This document shows positions 1 to 7,500 of a DNA stretch of 32,000 bases, in pieces. Source of the DNA: an archaeon GW2011_AR10 (GTDB lineage: Archaea > Iainarchaeota > Iainarchaeia > Iainarchaeales > GW2011-AR10); NCBI GenBank assembly GCA_000830275.1, contig CP010424.1, forward strand, positions 660,001 through 692,000. Reading direction: 5' to 3'. The notes under the pieces are model-generated. The model saw only the letters and a program-made list of their open reading frames with translations, had not been told where the DNA came from and ran no database searches. Position 1 is the stretch's first letter, and each line of letters starts with the position of its first letter. Both the position numbers and the translations under genes were made by a program.

Positions 1-9
1 TTTGAGGAA

Positions 10-477
10 ATGAAAGCATTTTTTGCAGGAAAAGGAATTGATGCCGGGGCGTTAGACATTGAGGACTTGGCTGCTCTGTCTTCGGCTGAACTTGCAGAGC
101 TAAAAGTTGAGTTGCAGTCTTTTGCAAGTTCGTTTAATGGGCCTGGCTCTGCAAAAGAGCTTGCGGGAGTTTATGTTTCAGCAATTGATTTGGGGGCCAA
201 GTCAAAAGCGCAGGGCAAAAAAACCAACCAAATTGATGCCCTCAGCCTGCAGGACTACTGTTCAAACATTGTGCTGTTCAAGGAAAGGGATTCACTGGAG
301 GAGGAAAAAATTGGTTTGCTGGAGCAATTGAAAACAAATATTAATTCTTTTGTTGGAAAGTACTCAAATGAGGCACAGCAGATAGGGCTTAAACCGCTTG
401 AAGTGGACATTGAAGCGCTGCGCTCTGCAAATGGTGAGAGAGCAACGGTAACAGCGCAGCTAGAGGGAGCATGCTGA
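10..477 (+). CDS. hypothetical acidic, predicted alpha-helical protein; possibly 5'-truncated by the window edge
   Basis: 155 aa ORF. The frame is open back to nt 1 (F-E-E-M), so the true start may lie upstream. No TM or signal sequence. It ends 10 nt before the next + strand gene, which suggests an operon. No family recognised. Confidence 0.5.
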   Translation: MKAFFAGKGIDAGALDIEDLAALSSAELAELKVELQSFASSFNGPGSAKELAGVYVSAIDLGAKSKAQGKKTNQIDALSLQDYCSNIVLFKERDSLEEEKIGLLEQLKTNINSFVGKYSNEAQQIGLKPLEVDIEALRSANGERATVTAQLEGAC

Positions 478-487
478 GTGATTTGAA

Positions 488-1933
488 ATGAACAGAAAAG
501 TTTTTGCGCTTGCAGCGTTCTTGTTTTTTGCTGTTCTGGTTTTACCAAGTGCATTCGCGCTTCAGAGCTGCGCTTTTGCTTATGACTTGGGCGTTAACGG
601 GCAGTTTAATCTGCCGAATTACTGCGGAATGAACCTCAATCAGAAAATTGAGTTCAAATACCCTGTTCCGGAAAGGAACTATTCGGTTACTGTCTTCTCG
701 TTGAGGTTGATTAGATTCAATCAGAATAAGGCAGGAACATATTTACCATTTAACGATGACAGCTGGTCGTTCCTTATTGAAAATGATTTGTTTGGAACAA
801 GAGGCGAATTTGTTATCAATGAAGACACTACTGATTCCCGAGGAATAGGCAGGGGGATTGGAACAATTTCAATATATGTTGACTCACAGTCAGCTGATTT
901 TGCTTCACAGATTGAGAGGTTGACCATTAACTTTGACAGCAGGCAAATATACGAGCAGTTGAACAAACGCGTGGCAGAAGGAGAGTCTTCTCTTGGAGAG
1001 TTGGTTGGCTTTGGGGAAAATTTCACCCCTAATTTGCCTGCAACTCAAGGCGGCCAGTGCCAGCCGGCTTACACTGTTCCGAGCAGCGGAAAATTCAGGC
1101 TGCCACAGCCTTGCACAGCGGTTCCCGGCCAGCAAATTTCTTTCATGTTCAGGCAGACAGAGTTAAGTTCTCCTGTTGAATTGTTTGTTTTAAGGTATGA
1201 AAACATAAGGCCAGATTCTTTGGATTATTGGTATGACAATGATTTGCTTGAGTTCTCTGTGATTGACAGGCTCACAGGCCAAAGAAATGTTTTGAACGCG
1301 GAGGAAAATCAGGGTGGCTCTTCTAAAGTGGGAAATTATGCTGGGGTTTTCCTTAATGCAGACACCATTACTGAGGCAGGCTCGATTAAGGTGAAGAACC
1401 TTAACATTGAAATTTACCCACAAGAACTCAGCGGACTGACATCAGAGTTTCCTGGTTTGCTTGAACAGGTTAGCTCCAATAAAGTTGATGAAAAAACCAA
1501 AGCAGCAATTAATGCAAAGTTTGCAAACGATGAGGCAGCAGATGATTCAGAGGGAATTGCCGTTGCCGTGAAGGATTCAACATCAAAAACCTCAGGAGAT
1601 GCCTGGGCTTCATCTCCTCCAAAAAAAGGAACTTATGTTTGGGCTTGGCAGCTTGAAGGCGCGACAATTCAGCAGCTTAATGATAACAAGGAAAAAGTTA
1701 CAATAAAGCAGGAAGTCGGCAGCGAGTTTGTTGAAACCAGTGTTCCAATAAATGTTTCATCCTCGTTCAAAGACACAGAAGGAAACGATGTCGTGGGGGC
1801 ATTTTACCTGGTGGAATTCAGGGACGCGGGAAAATACAGGGTTTTGGTTGAAGGGCAGGTTGTGAAAAACTTGCTGGTGTTCGTGAAAAGCGGCAATACG
1901 GGGTATGAGATAATAAAGCTCACGGGGCAGTGA
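488..1933 (+). CDS. secreted or membrane-anchored hypothetical protein with a two-fold internal domain duplication
   Basis: 481 aa ORF. N-terminal hydrophobic signal/anchor MNRKVFALAAFLFFAVLVLPSAFA. Repeat 1 has C-x9-GQFNL-x3-C (nt 569-625) followed later by ERLTINF. Repeat 2 has C-x9-GKFRL-x3-C (nt 1058-1114) followed later by KNLNIEI. Confidence 0.75.
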   Translation: MNRKVFALAAFLFFAVLVLPSAFALQSCAFAYDLGVNGQFNLPNYCGMNLNQKIEFKYPVPERNYSVTVFSLRLIRFNQNKAGTYLPFNDDSWSFLIENDLFGTRGEFVINEDTTDSRGIGRGIGTISIYVDSQSADFASQIERLTINFDSRQIYEQLNKRVAEGESSLGELVGFGENFTPNLPATQGGQCQPAYTVPSSGKFRLPQPCTAVPGQQISFMFRQTELSSPVELFVLRYENIRPDSLDYWYDNDLLEFSVIDRLTGQRNVLNAEENQGGSSKVGNYAGVFLNADTITEAGSIKVKNLNIEIYPQELSGLTSEFPGLLEQVSSNKVDEKTKAAINAKFANDEAADDSEGIAVAVKDSTSKTSGDAWASSPPKKGTYVWAWQLEGATIQQLNDNKEKVTIKQEVGSEFVETSVPINVSSSFKDTEGNDVVGAFYLVEFRDAGKYRVLVEGQVVKNLLVFVKSGNTGYEIIKLTGQ

Positions 1934-1937
1934 AAAA

Positions 1938-3443
1938 ATGAAAAACAAAATCTTTGTTGCAGTTGCAGTTGTTTTGCTTGCAGTACTGGTTTTCGCAGCT
2001 GAAGCAGGCATTGAAGGCATTACAACAACAGAGGACGGCCAAGGAGCTGATGTTGACAACTTTTCAACAATTTTTGGAGCACAACAGCCAACAGAATTGG
2101 TTGAAATAACCGGAAAGCCGGTTATTCTTTCCGTTTCGGTTGATGGAAAAACTTTCAGGTGCGCGACAGAAGAGCAGCCGGGAAAGTTCAGGCTTACTTC
2201 TGAATGCAAGGACATTCCGGTTAACTTGGCTGAAAATTCAGCGTTGGCGGTTGAATTCAAGTCATTGGAGAATGCGAAGTGGACAACCCTTGACATCTGG
2301 GCGATGCAAAGCGATTTGGTTCCTTTGTTTGAAAACATGGACAAGGACTTTGAGGAAACAAGGCTGAGGCAGTTCATTTTCAAGCAGCCGTACAGTTCAA
2401 ATACAGCGTTGAACCTGCAAAGTGAAACCGACACGAAAAGCGGTTACGCTGAAAAGAAAACACAGGAATGGAAGGGCCTGAAACCGGAAAACTTTTTCCA
2501 GTACATTGAAGGAAAAAATGATGATTCAGGATATTACGTCCTTGTGGAGCAGTCAACTGTTGGGGCTGATGGCCCTTACACTGATTCTGAACTTGTTTCA
2601 ATCCAGCTTAGCAATGTTAAGGCGCCAGCGCCTTCATTCAATTTGAGGTTCACTGAGGTGAGGGCAAAGGACAACTCGGTTTTGAAACAGAACAGCTCTG
2701 GCTTAACCTCTTACAGTTTTTCTGAACCACGGGAATTCAAGCTGAAAATTGAGGGAATTGACATAGCAAAAAACCTTTACCTTTCAAGCGGTGAAAACTC
2801 ATGCAGCAAAGTGATTGAGGCAGTGAAAACAACTGCATCTGCTGGGACTCAAGGAGAAACAAGAGTTATGGGAATGGTTTTGCTCGCAGAGGATTCAACT
2901 GCAAAGGATTGGGGTGAAGCAGCAGGCACTAACACAAGGACTGCTGTTAGAACAGCTGGAACTTGGACTGGCAGGATTGTCAATGGAGCATGGATTATCG
3001 TTAGCGAATTTGGTTCAGGGTTCTGGGAAGGCGTAACTGCTTCAAGCCCGGAAGCCGCAACAACAGAAGAAATTAATGATATTCAGGTTCAGGAAACGCA
3101 GCCAGAACCAGGAAGCACTCCGCAGCCTGCTGCTGAACCTGTTGAGGAGGAAGCCGAAATAACCCTTAACGAAAAAGACAATGTTGTTGAGGGAAAGTTT
3201 TACCCTGTTCCAACCGGCACAATAAAAAAAGATTCAGCGCTCTGGAAGATTGCTCAGATTGACGGAGTGAACGTTTCAGCAATAAAGGGGGAGAGTTACA
3301 CTTTTTTCGCGTGCCAGGAAAGCGGAAGCAGCTACAAGGAAGCAAAAATAACCGTGAGCTTTCCAAGCGAGCCGGGAGAATGCTCAACAATTAGGCAGTG
3401 CCTTGCAATAACCGACAAAAAGTTTGTTGAAAGGCTTGGGTAA
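1938..3443 (+). CDS. secreted hypothetical protein, paralogous module shared with the upstream gene
   Basis: 501 aa ORF starting 4 nt after the upstream stop. Signal-like N-terminus MKNKIFVAVAVVLLAVLVFAAEAG. C-x6-GKFRL-x3-C at nt 2160-2207. Pro/Glu/Thr-rich linker ETQPEPGSTPQPAAEPVEEEAE. Cys-containing C-terminal domain. Confidence 0.75.
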   Translation: MKNKIFVAVAVVLLAVLVFAAEAGIEGITTTEDGQGADVDNFSTIFGAQQPTELVEITGKPVILSVSVDGKTFRCATEEQPGKFRLTSECKDIPVNLAENSALAVEFKSLENAKWTTLDIWAMQSDLVPLFENMDKDFEETRLRQFIFKQPYSSNTALNLQSETDTKSGYAEKKTQEWKGLKPENFFQYIEGKNDDSGYYVLVEQSTVGADGPYTDSELVSIQLSNVKAPAPSFNLRFTEVRAKDNSVLKQNSSGLTSYSFSEPREFKLKIEGIDIAKNLYLSSGENSCSKVIEAVKTTASAGTQGETRVMGMVLLAEDSTAKDWGEAAGTNTRTAVRTAGTWTGRIVNGAWIIVSEFGSGFWEGVTASSPEAATTEEINDIQVQETQPEPGSTPQPAAEPVEEEAEITLNEKDNVVEGKFYPVPTGTIKKDSALWKIAQIDGVNVSAIKGESYTFFACQESGSSYKEAKITVSFPSEPGECSTIRQCLAITDKKFVERLG

Positions 3444-3444
3444 A

Positions 3445-3463
3445 TTTTTGGCGAAATATTTTT
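3445..3463 (+). terminator. two oligo-T tracts directly after the stop codon (archaeal-type termination signal candidate)
   Basis: TAA at 3441-3443 is followed by TTTTT (3445-3449) and TTTTT (3459-3463). Archaeal RNA polymerase is known to terminate at oligo-T runs. Confidence 0.35.
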
Positions 3464-3524
3464 GAGTTTGAACAACCAAAACAAATAAATTCTTTGGATT
3501 GATACTATTTATAGGTGTTGGAGA

Positions 3525-3737
3525 ATGGCTAATGGGAAAACCGTTGTTTTGAAGAAGGAAGCTATTAATGAATTAAGGAAAGAAGCTAACCGGCTTAGAA
3601 GTGATTTTAAGGGGTATCTTGAGGATTTGGAGCTGATGAGCAATCCTGCTTTTTGGAAATCTGTTGAGGAGTTGCAGTCCGGAAAATTGAAGAAATATGA
3701 TTCGCTGGAAGAATTTTTCAAAGAGCTTGAAAGCTGA
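3525..3737 (+). CDS. putative type II antitoxin (RelB-like by position)
   Basis: 70 aa charged helical ORF. Its stop overlaps the start of the RelE-like gene by 1 nt (TGATG). SD-like AGGTGTTGGAGA lies just upstream of the ATG. The family call rests on size, position and coupling only. Confidence 0.6.
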   Translation: MANGKTVVLKKEAINELRKEANRLRSDFKGYLEDLELMSNPAFWKSVEELQSGKLKKYDSLEEFFKELES

Positions 3738-3985
3738 TGCCTTATAGTTATTCTTTTTCCAGCGAATTCAAAAAGTCATTCAAGAAACTTGACCGCAGAA
3801 TGAAAATTCTTGTTAAAAAGAAGATTGCCAAGATTGCAGAGAACCCTGAACTTGGAAAACCGTTGCATAAGCCTTTGCAGAACTTCAAAAGTGAAAGAGT
3901 TGAGAAAATGCGGATAGTCTATGCTTTTGACGGCAAATCAATCGAGTTTGCATTGCTTGACGACAGAGGACATGTTTACGGTTAA
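3737..3985 (+). CDS. relE: RelE/ParE-family type II toxin (mRNA interferase)
   Basis: 82 aa. The pattern Y.F..S..F.K.FKKLD......KKI..I..NP..GKPL...L....S.RV...RIVY......I....L..R..VY matches the RelE/StbE (ParE_toxin) family layout. It is translationally coupled to the upstream small ORF. Confidence 0.85.
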   Translation: MPYSYSFSSEFKKSFKKLDRRMKILVKKKIAKIAENPELGKPLHKPLQNFKSERVEKMRIVYAFDGKSIEFALLDDRGHVYG

Positions 3986-4029
3986 AAATGGCATGAAGAA
4001 CTTCGATTTACGGCAAACAGTTTGGCAAT

Positions 4030-4362
4030 TCAGCTTTTCAGTTTGTCAATTTTTGCTGCAAGAATGAAATCATTATCGTGAAGCCCCTGAATTTTGTGAG
4101 TGTAGTTTGTTAAGGTAACCTTGTTGTAAGAAATTAGTATGTCTGAATGGTGGCGCTCTAGTTCCATTATGGCTGCAGCCTTATTGACGAAAGCCATTGC
4201 TTCAATGAAATTCTTGAACTTGAACTGCTTGCGGATTTTTTTCGAGTTCGCTGTCAGGCTCCAACCTGAAACCTGCCGCAGAAACTTTTTTGCTTTTTTT
4301 TCTTCCATTGGAGGAATTCCTCCCCTGCAAGGAATGCAGTCCTTTGATTCAAGTTTGCTCAT
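4030..4362 (-). CDS. phhB: pterin-4-alpha-carbinolamine dehydratase (PCD/DCoH family)
   Basis: 110 aa. C.PC.GG N-terminus, then GW...I.KQFKFKNF..A..F.N......E..HHSD....YNKV.L...TH...GL...DF..A..ID. This is collinear with human PCBD1 and bacterial PhhB, including the His-His-[P/S] core. SD-like GGGGGTGG lies 5 nt upstream on the minus strand. Confidence 0.88.
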   Translation of the reverse strand: MSKLESKDCIPCRGGIPPMEEKKAKKFLRQVSGWSLTANSKKIRKQFKFKNFIEAMAFVNKAAAIMELERHHSDILISYNKVTLTNYTHKIQGLHDNDFILAAKIDKLKS

Positions 4363-4525
4363 TAAACCACCCCCATATTTAGTGAAAAAATACTAATTTA
4401 AGGGCCTGCTTTAATGGTTAAAATTTGGTTTTCTGCGAAGCTGCGTTTTGATAAACCTTTTTTAAAAGGTTTTTGGCTGGAGAAGGGAGCATCCTTAATA
4501 TATTAGTTTTCACTTTTAATACTAC

Positions 4526-4533
4526 TATATAAT
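4526..4533 (+). promoter_or_regulatory. TATA-box-like element for giant gene 1
   Basis: TATATAAT lies 39 nt upstream of the ATG at 4565. This fits an archaeal TATA at about -26 with a short leader. Confidence 0.4.
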
Positions 4534-4564
4534 GCGTTGAATGCTTTGCGCGCGAGGCCTTTTC

Positions 4565-7500
4565 ATGGGGATTTCCGAGACATTGAGCGGATTTTACGCC
4601 AAACTGGAGGACAAGTTCTATGGCATTGCGGACTTCTTTGACAGCAAAGGCATTCCGGTTAACAGCGCGATTGACTGGGTTGAGGACAAGGGCATTCCTG
4701 CTTTTCCTCTGACAATTGCGGCAATTGTTGTTGTTGTAGCGCTGCTTTACGGTTTCGTGTTTGCTGCAACACAGCAAGTAACTGTTGTTTTTGACCTGAA
4801 GGACAACAATGGAAACGCGTTAAGCCAGGTTAGGGTTAGCGCGGTTAATTCGGCAGGCAACAATGTTCCCTTAGGCAAAACTTCCTTTAAGGACGGGGAA
4901 GACGTAACACTTGCTGGAGTGCCTGTTGGCGGCACAATAAAGTTTTCCTCTCAAAAGGAAGGTTACATTGATGGAAAGTTTTCACTGCAGGTTTCAGGCA
5001 CTGAAAACCTTGCATTGCTGCGCATGAAAAAGGATGTGCAGACAATCGTGGGGCAAATAAGCCTTGTTGACACTGAAACAGGGGACCCTGTTGGAGAGGC
5101 ACAAGTTATTGCAACCTTAAGCGACAAATCAACTGTTGAATGCAATGCCGGGGAGAGCATTGGGGCTTATGAGTGCGTTGGAGTGCTCGAGGGTGACAGC
5201 GCAAAAGTTGATGTTAGGACAAGCAACTTTGAGGACAGCTCCTTCACTGTTTCTTTCTTCGAGGGAAGCGTCAGCGAGTTTGAACTGCAGCCAAAGGCTT
5301 CCGCTGCAGAAGGAAAAAGCAGCCTAATTATCAGGGTTGTGGATTCTGCAACAGAGCAGAGAGTGCAGGGCGCTACAATCAGAATATTTGACGCTGATGA
5401 TGAGGGCTTAATCAGTGAGGTAACTGACGAGGATGGGGAGTACATTGAAAGGGTTGACAAGGGGTTATCCTTAAGAGTGGTTGTTTCAAGGGACGGTTAC
5501 ATAAAGTATGATTCCGGCGCTGAAGGAATCGAGAGGACAATGCGGGATGACGAGGAGCTGTGGCTTGTCAGCATGGTGGAAGGCGGGGCAACTGTTACTG
5601 TTAGGGTAAGGGATGCTGGCGGAGCGCCACTAACAGGGGTTGTTGTTTCATTGTTCAACAGCGAGGCGGAACTGCTGGATGAAGAGAAAACATTGTTTGC
5701 CGGGGAAGTTGATTTTTCTGACTTGAATGCGGAAGCAACTTATTTTGTTACGGCTTTCCTTGACAGGTATGTTCCTGCAAGAGAAATCGTGAGGCCGCTG
5801 CAAAGCAAGGAACTTGACATAGAGCTGGAGCGATTAACGCAGTCAAATTCCTCCAATCTCAGGGTTTTTGTTGTTGATGAACGTAACAGTGCGGTAAACA
5901 ATGCGTTCCTTAACTTCTTTGAATTAGAGGACGGGAAGAAAACCCCTTCAGGAATACCGCAGCAGAAAAGTGATGTAACTGGAAAAGCAACTGTGCCTGT
6001 GTCAGTAAACATTTCAATGCTTGTTGAAGCGGTTAAGGGAGCGCAGCGCGGCGAAGCCGAGGTTGAAATCAAGCAGCAGGGCCTCAATGAGGCGCTTGTA
6101 ACTGTTCGCAAGGAGCTTGGCCTAGTGACCTTTGCTCTGCTGGATGAAGACAAGGAACCAGTTCAGGGAGGGCATTTAACAATTAAAAGCGGTGCAGGGG
6201 AAGAGCTGTTCAGGGCAACTCTTTCAGGGCAGAATGAAGTAACAGTTGATGTCGGGGAAAACGATTACGTGAAGATTGACTTCCTCGGCACTGACGGCAA
6301 AACACACGCGGAAGAAATTTATGTTAAGGAACAATCAAGGGTTGAAGTAATAATTGGCGGAAAGGGTTCTGCTAGTCTTTCCCCCACGCTGGAGTTTTTG
6401 GGGGTTTTCAGTGCAAGCGGTGCAGAGGTTGAGGGAATAAAGCGCGGGCAAGATTATTTCCTAAAGTTTCAGGTTGTTTTTCCTGAGGGCAAAGGAAATT
6501 ATGGCATGCACGTGAGGGTTGGGGATGACTCGGTTAAGTTTGCTGACTCGCAGGATGTCGGCATAATTGGTTTGAGTGCAACTGGTGCACAGGCTTTTTA
6601 TGGAAGAACTTTCTCTCCTTTCCCGGAACCGGGCTTTGAGGGGGTTGACATGCAGAACGAGGGAAACCCGGGAGGATACAACAAGTTTGTTGAGCTTTCC
6701 TTCACTGAAGGTGGAACAAAAATCGTCAAAGTGAGGGTTAAGGCAAAGGAAACAGCAACTGATTCAAGCTTTGATGTTAAGTTCAGGGCATGGAGTGAAG
6801 CAGGCAGAAGCTTTTATCGCGCACCAGTTGATTCAGTGCTTGAAACAGCAGCGTTTTCAAGCGAAAAAGGAACCTTGTACGCTGAAACATTGAAGGAAAG
6901 CGTGAGGATTTTCCAGACTGATTCGAGCTGCGAAGACGACTTGTGTGCTGGCTTCAAGTTCATCAGGAGCAATGACTCTGAGTTCGCGCCTGAAGACTTC
7001 AAGGCAGTGGTTGGAGAGGTTTACGCGCTTGAAGTGGAGCTTAACCCGAGCAAGGAAATTGACGCAACAATCAGGGCGGTCACTTCGCGAAGCAACCCGA
7101 AAATTTTCTGGCAAGGATATGGAATTGACAACTTCATTGACTTTCCTGACAACAACAAGCAGGAAACCTCCATTGAAGTGAAAGGAATTACTGCAATGCC
7201 GGGGCAGGCAGTCAAGACAAGGCTTTTCTTTAAGACGGTTGAGCTGGAAACCGCTTCAATCACGCTGCAGGTTGTAACAGCAGATGATGTTTTGAACGAG
7301 TCCTTCTTTTTCGATATTTTCCTTGAAAGGGACATGGAGTTCTCAATCCAGCCTGATGAGGTAACTTTGGGAAAGGACTTCAGCATCCTGTTAAAGGAGG
7401 ATACTGGAAAAGGGATTGAGAACGCAACGATTAAGCTGAAGGACAAGGACGGAAAGCACATTGAAACAATTATCGGGGATGGTTCCCTTGGAAAAGGGCT

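Noticed and set aside
4453-4472. Palindrome AAACCTTTT-TT-AAAAGGTTT between the divergent PCD and giant-1 genes
   Set aside because: It is short, almost pure A/T, and sits in an A/T-rich divergent promoter region. It could be an operator but is not distinguishable from chance by eye.
4541-4564. Upstream ATG (MLCARGLF...) given as the start of giant 1 in the ORF track
   Set aside because: The paralog N-termini align from MGISETLSGFYAKLEDKFY (ATG 4565). The TATA-like box at 4526-4533 would put the TSS at about 4555, downstream of 4541. The extra 8 codons are probably not translated.
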